NCBI RefSeq assembly: GCF_036365525.1
Contig: NC_090415.1
Coordinates: forward strand, 11,160,001 to 11,224,000
Length of the DNA: 64,000 nucleotides
Origin: Heterodontus francisci
Taxonomy: Eukaryota
Direction: 5' to 3'
The stretch's first letter is position 1, and each line of letters starts with the position of its first letter. This document shows positions 24,200 through 37,982 of this stretch, piece by piece. The position numbers and the translations under genes are program-made. The notes below the pieces were generated by a model. That model saw nothing but the letters and a program-made list of their open reading frames with translations. It was not told the origin of the DNA and ran no database searches.

Positions 24200-26720
24200 A
24201 ACCAGAAGAGATCAATAAATCAAATGGCAGATACAGCATGAATCCCAACTTCCCATTGCAGTGACTGACATGCACAGAGTAAAACTATCATCTATTTAGC
24301 AGAAGTTAACAAGCACCCTTCAAATGTACACTCACAGAGTAGTAACTGTCAGTTCAAGGCAGAAGCAGATTCACACACAACAAGATGAAAGATACAATGT
24401 GAACCTCATACTTAAATACCAGAAGCTGATGAGTATACAGTAAAACTTGCAATAGGATACCAGACACAGACAGATAGATAAAAGACAATATCACATAGCA
24501 GAATCTGACAAGTGCAGAGTAAACTGTATAGTAGCATATCAGAGAGTGACCGTAAAAGTGTAAATCAAGCACTACCATAAACCAACAAGTACAGAATAAT
24601 GACCATCCTCACAAGAGTGATTCTGATAGATACAGGGGAAATGTTACCCTCACCATAGATGCACAGAAACAGAATACAACATATACACATAAAGTAACTG
24701 AGGCACATAGCAAAATCCACATTGAGAAACATACAGGGAAAGTAAAACACATACTCACAAATCATGCACAGACAAAAGCCACATTCACATTACAGAGACT
24801 GGCAGATACAGAGGAAAACCCACAATCAATTACCACAAACAAAATGTTACAGAATAAAACAGATATTTGCATTGCAGTAACTGACAACATGCTAGGTAAA
24901 ATCCACATTTACATATCAGAAACCAAAGGTTAAAGATTAATCCCACATTCATTTGCCAGAATATACGATGTACAGTGGAAATAAAAACAGAAAATGCTGG
25001 AAATAATCTGCAAATCTGGTAGCACCTGTGGAGAGAGAAAGTGAGTTAACATTTCAGGTCAATGACCTTCGATCAGAACAGACCTTTCTGATGAAAGACC
25101 ATTGACCAGAATGGTTATCTCTGTTTCTGTCTCCACAGATGCTGGCAGGCCTGCTGAGTATCTGTGGAGAATGACTGCAGAATTCTGAGGTGCAGAGGGA
25201 TCTAGGTGTTCTTGTGCTTGAGTCACAAAAAGTTAGTATGCAGGTATGGCAAATCACAAAGGCAATTGGAAAGTTATCCTTTATTACAACAGGAATTGAA
25301 AATTAATCTAAGGATGTTATGCTTCAGTTATACGGGGCTTTGGTGAGACAGGTCTTGATAGATTCTTGTTCGGCAAGGGAATCAAAGATTATTGGGAGGA
25401 GATAGGAGTGTGGAATTCAAGTCAGAAACAGATCAGCCATGATTTAATGTAAGAAGCAGGAGGTTTAGAGTGGATTTGAGGATTTTTTTTTTTAATTTCA
25501 TTTTTACCCAGATGGTGGTTGGAATCTGGAACACATTACCTGAAAGGGGTGGTAGAGGCAGGACCCCACACAACACTTAAGAAGTATTTAGATATACATT
25601 TGAAAGGCCATAGCATACAAGGCGATGGGCCAAGTACTGGAAAATGGGATTAGAATAGATCACTGATTGTGCCTGTGCCGGCCATCAATGTGTCTAAGGG
25701 CCTGTTTCTGTGCTGTATAACTCTATGGCTCTATCTCTCGATGACAAATACAAAGTAAAACCAACATTCACATCGCAGAACTTGGCAGATTGAAAGCAAA
25801 TCCACCATACAGTTCAGCAGAAACTGACAGAACAGAAAGAACACATAATCACATACCATAAATTGGCATAGAGAATAAAATTCACATGCCCGTACCAGAA
25901 ATTAACTTGTCCAGATGAAAATCCATAATCATACAGCAGAGAGTGAGCTGTACTATTAAACCCAGCTGCTGCACTTGAGGCTAATATGCACAGAGTAAAA
26001 ACAATGCTCATGTCTCATACCAGAAACGGCCAGCCGTAGATCACAACCCACACTCACATATCAGAACAGGCAGGTACAGTGTAAAATATCTCTTAATGAA
26101 CCACTGACAGGGACGTGATACAGTCCACATTCATTCATCAGAAACTTACAGATACAGATAATAAACAGTACTTACATACAACAGATTGAAAGGAACAGGT
26201 TAAAACCCATCCTTATATGAAGACGTCTGATGGGTACAGAACACAGGTGAGGCCCCCAAACCAGAGACTGACATGTCGAGTGAAAACAACGCTGGCATGT
26301 CATCAATTAACATGTGCAGTGTAAAGCTACACAAAAATGTCACTTACTAACAGATACAGAGACAAAATCAAACAACCTTTCATCCCAGAAACTGACAGGT
26401 GCAGATTAAAATCCAAATTCACAATTCAGAAATTAACAAATAAAGAGAAATGCCCAGACTCCAAAATCAGATATTAACAGATACATAACAAAACCCACAC
26501 TCACTCAGTCGAAGCTCATAGGTACAGAACAAAACTCATAATCACCCACTTAGAAACTGAATGTTACAGAGAAAGAAAAAAAAACAATCACCTGTTGAAG
26601 ATTGAAATTACTGAATTAAATCACAAAATCATTGACCATAGATTGACCAATACGGAGTAAAAGCCACAGTTAAATATCACATACTGATAGGCACAGAATG
26701 AAACCCACAATCACATGTCC
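24200..26720 (+). repeat. Decayed ~40-41 bp tandem array, interrupted at about 24975-25740 by TE pieces
   Basis: Same periodic motif; 25740-27000 is paralogous to 2473-3709, and 24200-25160 to about 49180-50155. Confidence 0.65.
24979..25162. mobile_element. Head-to-head inverted pair of Penelope pLTR ends, each with a hammerhead-like core
   Basis: GCTGGAAATAATCTGC..TGTGGAGAGAGAAA mirrored by TTTCTGTCTCCACAGATGCTGGCAGGCCTGCTGAGTAT; CTGATGA at 25088. Confidence 0.75.
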
Positions 26721-27372
26721 TGCAGGGAAAGACAAACATGACACGACCCAGAATGTCCATGCATTTCCTCCTGCCATATTCCGCATCTATGACCAAATCG
26801 ATTATTTTGTTAACAACTCAAAAACATCATCGCTGCCAGTGTTATCATATTATATTTGATCAACTCTTTCCACTCCACAACCCTGCATATTTTTTCAGAC
26901 CTGTCTTGCTGAATATTTGTAGCCAGTAATAATAAGTTCCCTTGCCTCGCCTAGTTTCAGCCAGAATTATGTAATTGCCACTATATAAATCTTTCATGTG
27001 GTGACTTGTGGCTGCAGCTGACCAAACTTATTTGGCACGCAACATAGATTTAAAGACTTGCACTTCAATGCTTGCATTTGCCCATGTCTGACCCCAACTA
27101 TACTGGACGGTTCCGTCCTGGTGATGGAGGGAAGTGCAGCAGGGCGGTACATCCTGATAAGGAATGGAAGTGTCGAGAAATTATATGTACAGAGTGAAAA
27201 AATAGATGTGTTCATACCAGCAAAATGGAAATGTTTGAAGAGACAGAGGGACTCAGAAAGTCATGGTTAAGTTCGGGCAAAGGGGGTTGGACGATCTGAC
27301 TGCTGCGTCAGTTTGTGGCTGTGATAGGCATGAAGTGTGATTGGTTAATTTAGATATCCAATCAGACAGATT

Positions 27373-27703
27373 TAGCTTTTAGTTTTAGTTTTAGAGATGC
27401 AGCACTGAAACAGGCCCACCGAGTCTGTGCCGACCATCAACCACCCATTTATACTAACTCTACACGAATTCCATATTCCTACCTGTCCCTATATTTCCCG
27501 ACCACCTACCTATACTAGGGGCAATTTTATCATGGGCAATTAACCTATAAACCAGCAAGTCTTTGGCATGTGGGAGGAAACCGGAGCACCCGGAGCAAAC
27601 CCACGCAGACACAAGGAGAACTTGCAAACTCCACACAGGCAGCACCCAGAATTGAACCCCGGTCGCTGGAGCTGTGAGGATGCGGTGCGAACCGCTGCGC
27701 CAC
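27373..27703 (-). mobile_element. HE1-type SINE inserted in the H2B promoter
   Basis: Interrupts sequence that is contiguous at 6131-6160 and 61199-61230. Confidence 0.92.
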
Positions 27704-27853
27704 TCAACATCAGGCAGTGACATCATTGTAAACCAGCCAATCATGAACATGGTCATCTCCCATCCTTCATTTGCATAGGGTTCTGGGGATGTCCATAAAA
27801 TTCAAGCTCCGAGCGAAATTTCGGTTATTCTGCGTCTGAAGTTGATCGTGATC

Positions 27854-28234
27854 ATGGTTGACGAGAAGAAAACTGCAGCACCTTCCAAGAAGGGCGCCAA
27901 GAAAACTCAGAAGAAGGCGCCAACGAAGGGCAGCAAGAAACGTAGAAGATCCAGGAGAGAAAGTTACTCCATCTACGTGTACAAAGTGATGAAGCAGGTT
28001 CACCCTGACACCGGCATCTCCTCCAAAGCCATGAGTATCATGAATTCGTTTGTGAATGATATTTTCGAGCGAATCGCGGGTGAAGCTTCCCGCCTGGCCC
28101 ATTACAACAAACGCAGCACCATCAGCTCCCGGGAGATCCAGACCGCCGTGCGCCTGCTGCTGCCCGGGGAGCTGGCCAAACACGCCGTGTCGGAAGGTAC
28201 AAAGGCGGTCACCAAGTACACCAGCTCCAAGTAA
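27854..28234 (+). CDS. H2B: Histone H2B (126 aa)
   Basis: Full H2B fold; octamer at 27769-27776; stem-loop GGCTCTTTTAAGAGCC at 28273-28288. Confidence 0.97.
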   Translation: MVDEKKTAAPSKKGAKKTQKKAPTKGSKKRRRSRRESYSIYVYKVMKQVHPDTGISSKAMSIMNSFVNDIFERIAGEASRLAHYNKRSTISSREIQTAVRLLLPGELAKHAVSEGTKAVTKYTSSK

Positions 28235-29033
28235 ATATCCGCAATGTACTGAAAAACACAATATACAAAAAAGGCTCTTTTAAGAGCCACCCACAACTTC
28301 TCTGAAATAGCTACAACATCATCATGATTATCGAATTCTTTTTATGTTAATACGAATACTCTGCAAATTTTTGATGGCGGTTGTAAATCTCTGTTTAAAT
28401 CAGTTCAGGTTAATGCAGATTCATTCGGCCCCTTTGCTATATTTCGAAAATGAAAGCTGATTTAACGCATGATTTAAAGATGTTCTCAGTTACTTGGTTG
28501 CCGTGTTGAAGTTTGACTATCTTTATGAATAAGTACATTGTTAAGAAACCTCGTTGGTTTAGGCACCCTCAGTCTCTAACCGGTGACACAGAAAATCTAT
28601 GCTCCGCTTTTGTCTCCCACGAAAAGGGATCAATCTATAATCAGTGATACAGTATAATTACGAAGATTGACCTGAAATGTGTCCGGTTACAAAATGCTGT
28701 GAATGAGTCTTTCAGCCGCTGGTTAGACTGTATCATGAAAAAGAATAAAGCAGAATACATGGCGGATTACAAAAGCGAATCTGGGACAAAATGTGGAATA
28801 AAAAAATGAACACGTTTTCGCAATGTTTTCTGTAAAACAATATAACCTATAAATGTGATATTCTATATTGAAGCCGCACCTTGTTTTACAAATATATTGG
28901 CGGGCTTTTCAAATGTGAAATATCGTTGGGAGGCTGACCATTTCGCGCTCTTATTTTCCGCTCTCAACTCACTGTCTTCTTGTGATTGGTGAATTGAGCA
29001 GCTCTCTGATTGGTTACATGTACAGTACAATGA

Positions 29034-29543
<510 letters not shown>

Positions 29544-30064
29544 AGCGGCCTCACTTGAATCTGTGAACCCAAAGGCTCTTTTCAGAGCCACCCACTTTAT
29601 CTGTGAAAGGGCTGGTTACTGTCTGAAAGACTGTAATATTACACTGTTCTCATTGTTTTGTGTTGGAATGAAGTGTACTGGATTTTGGCATTTAGTTGCT
29701 CATCAGATGAAATACATTCTAATTCCCTCAGACCCTATTGGAAAGGCACTTTTACCATTCTACCCTTTATGTCCCACAAACGTTTGTTCAGTCCTAAAAC
29801 GATCGCCGGTCTATTAAAATACGCTGTGCACATTGGTATCGCTACTCTAGATCTGACAAATGCCACGTCATGAAATCTCCAGCTGCCGGATGCAGACAAA
29901 AGTATTTGTCTCCCGGCTTTGAGTAAATAAGTGGTCAAAACCTGCTGAGACGTTTTTGTGCTGGAATGAACAAGAGATCACAACTCTTTCTTTTGTCGAT
30001 TTGGTGGCTCTTAAAAGAGCCGTTGTGGTATTTGATGCCGAACTCAGTTCAGGGCAGGGTCAGT

Positions 30065-30496
<432 letters not shown>

Positions 30497-31236
30497 TCAA
30501 TGCGGAGGCTGCTCAGGGACTGCCTATTTAAGACAGTTGAGGGACCGCCCTAGTGTTGTGATTGGATGCAGCCCCGTCCTTCATTTCAGTTTGAAACTCG
30601 CTTTGGGAAGTGAATGGGCCTCGGGAATTGCTGCGTCCTGATTGGTTGAACTGCAACTGAAATTTCATCAATTTGAAAAAGCCCGCCAATTTCAAATTAG
30701 CAAACTACTCAAAGATTAAATAAAACCTAATTCGGCGGGAACAATTATAAAATCTCAGTGCTTGCAGCGTCATTTTTTCCCGCTCCAGATCCCCTTCTAT
30801 CTTCCCACACGGTTTGAATTGGTGTTCATTCCATGTTCGGTGTCTGGCGGGAATAAAGCTCCGGTCATTGCATGTTCTAACGTGAGTAAATCCAGCATCT
30901 ATACCGGCAGTTCAGGTCGTCAATGGACATTTTCACATGCAACCGTTTAATTCATGACGCAGTGAATGAACATGGAACAGAAAAACCACAGTGAAAATTG
31001 TGACACGGAAAATGACTATGAGAAAGCAATACTGTATTTAAGCAAAAGTATTTATACAAAATTAGATGCAGATATCATGATATCCTGAGCTACAACCGTT
31101 TCATATCCCTAAATATCACGGCACCAGTTCCAAACCTGGACATCCGCGCTGCAGTTTCAAGGTCACTTATCTCTGTATGAAGTTTTGGGTGGCTCTTAGA
31201 AGAGCCTTTTGTTTTTGTTAGACAAGGTCGATTTGT

Positions 31237-31557
<321 letters not shown>

Positions 31558-32312
31558 TCAGACAAATCGTTTGTGAATGAGAAACGAGTAGTTTCTGCTG
31601 CCTTTTTATACAGCCTGCCCCAACCTGACTGAGAAAGAGACAGAGAGCCAGAGGCGGGTCTGGAGGAAATTGAGTGACAGACAGAGCAGAGAAATGTCTT
31701 TGATCCTCTCGCTCCGCCTCCCACTTGCTCGAACCGCCAATTCAAGAAAAAACAGTTCTCGACATTCGAGCTCAGCATGAAACCTGGAGATTCGGCATTG
31801 ATAGTCACTGGTAACAGAAATTAGCGCTTTAAATAAGGATCTGTTACAATTAAAAGTTAGTAATACACCCGCCTAAGTGCAGTGCTTCCGATCACAAGTC
31901 AACCTGTTTCGGCACACCTCTCCTCCCAGACGGATTGAGCAGTTTACTGAAACCTAACCCCAGCTGAATTATAGAAAATCATGTATTGGGGTTTGAGATG
32001 TGACGCGGGGTATCTCGCCCGTGTTACTGTGTTACAGGCTGTCACCCTGAAACGAGCATGAACTGAGACTTCACCGAACATATACCCGGGTACAGTGAGG
32101 CCCGGACATCCCTGATTTGTTGCAGAGTGGGGAAGGACTGGGTTGAGAGTCACCAGGGAACCTGGATTTACTTCAAATCATTTCTAGGTGAAATGTGCAA
32201 ACGACTGCGGGACAGGGATCATTTGATCGGGGGATCAGCTCTTTCCTGAGAGACGTGGGTGGCTCTGAAAAGAGCCTTTGGGTTCAGATGTCTACAAGTT
32301 TCCCGTGCTGTT

Positions 32313-32996
32313 TCACTTCTTTCCAGGAGCTGCTTTCTGAGCCTTTGCTGCTTTCGGCTTCTTCCCGCCCCTTGATGATTGGACTTTCTTGGGCGGCTTT
32401 CCGCCCGTGGCCCTCTTGGCTTTTTTGGCATTCTTCGCTGGAGATTTTTTTGGAAGCGTTGCTTTCTTTACCGCCTTCTTTGGCGTTGCCGTCTTCTTGC
32501 TGCTCACTTTCTTGGCTGCTGTCTTCTTGCTGCTCACTTTCTTGGCGACTATTTTCTTCCCTGGGGATTTCTTGGCTGTTTTCTTTGTTATCTGTTTCTT
32601 GGCAGCTGTTTTCTTCACTAAAGATCTCTTGGCTGCTCCTGTCTTAATCTTCTTCACCACATTTCCCTTCTTTTCCTGTTTCGCGATTTTGAAGGTGCCG
32701 GAGGCCCCCGTGCCCTTCGTCTGCACCAGGAAGTCTTTCGCCACAAGCCGCTTGATACTTTGCTTGATTTGGAACTTGCCCTTCTCCACATCGACACCTT
32801 TAACACGCAGAGCCTTCTTTATTGCCTGCAGTGACATCCCACTGCGGACACTGCATTCCGCCACAGTCTTGAGGATCAGCTCGCCCAACTTGGGACCGCC
32901 TGACCCCTTCCGAGGAGCCGCCTTCTTCTTCTTGGGAGTCTTGACTTGAGCGGCGGCGGCTGGAGGAGCCGTTTCGGCGGCTGCAGTATCGGTCAT
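32313..32996 (-). CDS. H1: Linker histone H1 (227 aa, MTDTAAAETAPP...)
   Basis: Winged-helix motifs (RSGMSLQAIKKAL, LVQTKGTGASGTFK) and Lys/Ala-rich tail; stem-loop at 32261-32276; H1 box AAACACA at 33141-33147 on the minus strand. Confidence 0.95.
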   Translation of the reverse strand: MTDTAAAETAPPAAAAQVKTPKKKKAAPRKGSGGPKLGELILKTVAECSVRSGMSLQAIKKALRVKGVDVEKGKFQIKQSIKRLVAKDFLVQTKGTGASGTFKIAKQEKKGNVVKKIKTGAAKRSLVKKTAAKKQITKKTAKKSPGKKIVAKKVSSKKTAAKKVSSKKTATPKKAVKKATLPKKSPAKNAKKAKRATGGKPPKKVQSSRGGKKPKAAKAQKAAPGKK

Positions 32997-34176
32997 GTCC
33001 AGGACTCTGCACAAAGTCTCTCTGTCAGTCAGAACTGGGTCAGAAATGAAGCTGGTGGTGGCGGCACTGAGCAACTTAAAGGCAGCGAGCGGACGGGGCG
33101 GAGACAACCTGCTGTCAGCTCCCGGCTCCTGCTGCCTCTCTGTGTTTCTCTCTGGTCCTAAACTCTCCAATTCCACTGAAATTCGGGTATTCCAGAGTCC
33201 CAGGCTAGATCCTTCCTGTCTCTGACATCAGAATGTTTGCTGTCTCAAAGGTTTCACTTGAAGTAAAGACTCCATTTTCGACTGAAACCCGTTTCATTGC
33301 TGCACTGATGACTCTCTCTCAGCCGATCGCTGACATGTTCCATACTTTTCGATTAAAACCTTGAAATCAACAAACAAACAACACTGAATTCCCACTTTGA
33401 GGATTAGAAGGGGAGCAAAGTGCTTCTTTGACTGAAGAATCTTGTTATTTTACGCAAGAGGGACTCGGAAATCCGGCGATGAGACCAGACCCACAAACAC
33501 AGTGGCATTAGACTAACGCGCCCGCCCCTTCAATACACTCTCTTACACAATATTCACATCCACACAATCTCAGGCCGAAATGTTCGTTAAATTTAGTATT
33601 TCCAGGACAGGATTTCCCCTCCGCTCGGCTTGTGCTGCAGATTCACGGTGGGTATTTGTATTTTCTAGACTCAGTAAGTGTTAAACACTCTGAGACTGGC
33701 GCTGCGAATGTTGTCTGTTTCCCAGATTTGGCGTCAAGAGCCAATCACAGCTTTGAATGTGTTCAAACCAATATCGGCTTTGATGTTATTATATTGATCA
33801 CAAACACAAGCATGTTTCCTGACGGTGAAAATACAACTTATGCCCTGTCTCTCCCTGCATTCCATCCATATTTTTTTCTCGGTGTCCTAGACATCCCATT
33901 GTCAACAAGGAGAGACGTCCAGTTGCACAATAATCCCACATTCATACACAGTGTTTTTATTTTGTTCCAGGCAGTGACAGGCTGGTTCTCTCCGTGCTTA
34001 GTTTCAGGACTGAAGACGGATAAACACACCGTCAGATTCGAACATGCGAGCGGAGAAGTGACAGTGACCGTCTCACCTGCGGCACCGGTGGCGTGTTCAC
34101 TGTTCCAATACCGTACGTCTCTTCAGCGTGTCCATAACACGCTCAATAACTTCATTCCTCTTTCATATACAACAAC

Positions 34177-34500
34177 AGAGCGACAGAGAGGGAGAGTGAA
34201 AGAGAGAGAGGGGTGAGAGAGGGAGGGAGGCAGACCGTTTCAGTCTTACAATTTCCAACTGTGTGTCCCTTTCACACTGAATAACAGTATTTCACCTTCA
34301 CCTGAATATTCAGAGAGAGAGACTATCAGTTCTCCAATAGAATGCATACATATAACACTTAGTAACAGTATCTCCAACATAGATACAGCACCAAAGGCAG
34401 AGGGAGAGAGACAGCATCAATAGCGAGAAAAAGGCGGAGAGAGAGAGAAAGATCTGGATTGGGGGAGAGGCTTGGAGGATGGTGAGATAGAGAGATATGT
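34177..34500 (+). repeat. GA-rich low-complexity patches
   Basis: (GA)n-like runs. Confidence 0.6.
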
Positions 34501-34507
34501 ATTCACT

Positions 34508-34735
34508 TAGAATCATAGAAGCATCGAAATATTATGGCACAGGAAGAAGCCACTTGGCCCATCATGTCTGTGCCAGCCGAAAAGAATTCCACCTATTCTA
34601 ATCCCAGCTGCCAGCATTTGGTCCGTCACCCGCAGATTACGGCACTTGAGATGCATATCCAGACCTCTTTTGTATGAGTTGAAGGTTTATGCCTCAACTA
34701 CCCTTTCAGGCAGTGAGTTCCAGAACACCACCACA
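34508..34735 (-). mobile_element. CR1 3' tail fragment
   Basis: TAGAATCATAGAA tail and CR1 3' similarity. Confidence 0.65.
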
Positions 34736-35017
34736 CACTTTTTTTCAAATTCATTCATATGATGTGGGTGTTGCTGGCTCGGCCAGCATTTATTGCCCAT
34801 CCCTCACTGCCCTTGAGGAGGTTGTGGTGAAATGGCTTCTTGAACTGCTGCACTCCATGTGAGGTAGGTACAGCCACAGTGCTGTTAGGAAGGGAGTTCC
34901 AGGATTTTGACACAGCGACAGTGAATGAACAACAATATAATTCTAAGTCAGAATGATGTGTGACTTGGAGCGGAACTTGCAGGTGGTGGTGTTCCCATGC
35001 ATCAGCTGCCCTTGAGA

Positions 35018-35381
35018 TTCTAGATTAGATTTTTAGATTAGAGATACAGCACTGAAACAGGCCCTTCGGCCCACCGAGTCTGTGCCGAACATCAACCACC
35101 CATTTATACTAATCCTACACTAATCCCATATTCCTACCAAACATCCCCACCTGTTCCTATATTTTCCTACCACCTACCTATACTAGTGACAATTTATAAT
35201 GGCCAATTTACCTATCAACCTGCAAGTCTTTTGGCTTGTGGGAGGAAACCGGAGCACCCGGAGAAAACCCACGCAGACACAGGGAGAACTTGCAAACTCC
35301 ACGCAGGCAGTACCCGGAATCGAACCGGGGTCCCTGGAGCTGTGAGGCTGCAGTGCTAACCACTGCGCCACTGTGCCGCCC
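35018..35381 (-). mobile_element. HE1-type SINE
   Basis: Full-length reverse copy. Confidence 0.92.
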
Positions 35382-36286
35382 CTGGTTGGTAGAGGTCGCG
35401 GGTTTGGAAGATGCTGTCGAAAGAGCCTTGGTTCGTTGCTGCAGTGCATCTTGTAAATGTTACACACTGCTCTGCTGTGTGTCGGTGGTGGCGGGAGTGA
35501 ATGTTTGTGCATGGGGTGGCAATCAAGTGGGCTGCTTCGTCCTGGATGGTGTCGAGCTTCTTGAGTGTTGTTGGAACTGCACACATCCAGGCAAGTGGAG
35601 AGTATTACATCACCCAGTTCAGTTTCTGGTCAATGGTAGACCCTAGGATATTGATAGTGGGGGATTCAGCGATGCTAATTGCCATTGAATGTTAATGGGA
35701 GATGGTTAGATTCTCTCTTGTTGAAGGTGGTAGTTGCCTGGCACTTATGTGGCACGAATGTTACTTGCCACTTATCAGCACAAGCCTGGATATTGTCCAG
35801 GTCTTGCTGCATTTCAAAGAACAAAGAACAGTACAGCACAGGAACGGGCCATTCGGCCCTCCAAGCCTGCGCCGATCTTGATGCCTGCCTAAACTAACAC
35901 CTTCTGCACTTCCGGGGCCCATATCCCTCTATTCCCTTCCTATTCATGTATTTGTCAAGATGTCTCTTAAACGTCGCTATCGTATCTGCTTCCACCACCT
36001 CCGCTGTCAGCAAGTTCCAGGCACTCACCAGCCTCTGTGTAAAAAACTTGCCTCGCACATCCCCTCTAAACTTGGCCCCTCGCACCTTAAACCTATGTCC
36101 CCTAGTAACTGACTCTTCCACCCTGGCAAAAAGCTTCTGACTATCCACTCTGTCCATGCCGCTCATAACTTTGTAAACCTCTATCATGTGGCCCCTCCAC
36201 CTCCGTCGTTCCAGTGAAAACAATCCGAGTTTTTCCAACCTCTCCTCATAGCTAATGGATAGATAGCAGGAGGGAGAGATAGAGAA

Positions 36287-36643
36287 GCACAGTGGCGCAG
36301 TGGTTAGCACCGCAGCCTCACAGCTCCAGCGACCTGGGTGCAACTCAGGGTACTGCCTGTGTGGAGTTTGCAAGTTCTCCCTGTGTCTGCGTTGGTTTTC
36401 TCCGGGTGCTCCGGTTTCCTCCCACAAGCCAAAAGACTTGCAGGTTGGTAGGTAAATTGTCCATTATAAATTGCCACTAGTATAGGTAGGTGGTAGTGAA
36501 ATATAGAGACAGGTGGGGATGTGGTAGGAATATGGGATCAGTGTAGGATTAGCATAAATGGGTGGTTGATGGTCAGCACAGACTCGGTGGGCCGAAGGGC
36601 CTGTTTCAGTGCTGTATCTCTAAACTAAAACTAAACTAAACTA
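36287..36643 (+). mobile_element. HE1-type SINE
   Basis: Head, V-domain, (CTAAA)n tail. Confidence 0.92.
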
Positions 36644-37629
36644 ATGCCCTCCAGATCAGGCAACATCCTGGTAAACCACCTCTGTACCCTCTCCAAAGCC
36701 TCCACGTCCTTCTGGTAGTGTGGCGACCAGAATTGCATGCAATATTCTAAGTGTGGCCTAACTAAGGTTCTGTACAGCTGCAACATGACTCGCCAATTTT
36801 TGTACTCTATGCCCCGTCTGATGAAGGCAAGCATGCCGTATGCCTTCTTGACTACCTTATCCACCTGCGTTGCCACTTTCAGTGACGTGTGGACCTGGAC
36901 ACCCAGATCTTTCTGCCTGTCAATACTCCTAAGGGTTCTGCCATTTACTGTATACCTCCCACCTGCATTAGACCTTCCAAAATGCCCTTCCCTCATCAAT
37001 CATCTTCGTCACTTCCTCAAAAAACTCAATCAAATTAGTAAGACACGACCTCCCCTTCACAAAACCATGCTGTCCCTCGCTAATAAGTTCGTTTGTTTCC
37101 AAATGGGAGTAAATCCTGTCCCGAAGAATCCTCTCTAATAGTTTCCCTTCCACTGACGTAAGGCTCACTGGCCTATAATTTCCTAGATTATCCTTACCCC
37201 CTTCTTAAACAAAGGAACAACATTGGTTATTCTCCAGTCCTCTGGGACCTCACCTGTAGCCAATGAGGATGCAAAGATTTCTGTCAAGGCCCCAGCAATT
37301 TCTTTCCTTGCCTCCCTCAGTATTCTAGGGTAGATCCCATCAGGCCCTGGGGACTTATCTACCTTAATGCTTTGCAAGACACCCAACATCTTCTCCTTTT
37401 TGATAATGAGATGACTGAGACTATCTGCACTCCCTTCCCTAGGCTCATCATCCACCAACTTCTTCTCCTTGGTGAATACTGATGCAAAGTACTCATTTAG
37501 CACCTCACCCATTTCCTCTGGCTCCACGCATAGATTCCCATCTCTGTCCTTGAGTGGGCCAACCCTTTCCCTGGTTACCCTCTTGCTCTTTATATATGTA
37601 TAAAAAGCCTTGGGATTTTCCTTTATCCT

Positions 37630-37982
37630 GTTTAGTTTAGTTTTAGTTTAGAGATACAGCACTGAAACAGGCCCTTCGGCCCACCGAGTCTGCGCTGACC
37701 ATCAACCACCCATTTATACTAATCCAGCATGAATTCCATACTCCTACCACATCCCCACCTGTCCCTATATTTCCCTACCACCGACCTATACTAGGGACAA
37801 TTTATAATGGACAATTTACCTATCAACCTGCAAGTCTTTGGCATGTGGGAGGAAACCGGAGCACCCAGAGGAAACCCACGCAGACACAGGAAGAACTTGC
37901 AAACTCCACACAGGCAGTACCCAGAATTGAACCCGGGTCGCTGGAGCTGTGAGGCTGCGGTGCTAACCACTGCACCCACTGT
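37630..37982 (-). mobile_element. HE1-type SINE
   Basis: Reverse copy with a (TTTAG)n tail. Confidence 0.92.

Noticed and set aside
33632-34216. 194-aa ORF upstream of H1
   Set aside because: Non-ATG start, no recognisable domain, ends in GA low-complexity sequence
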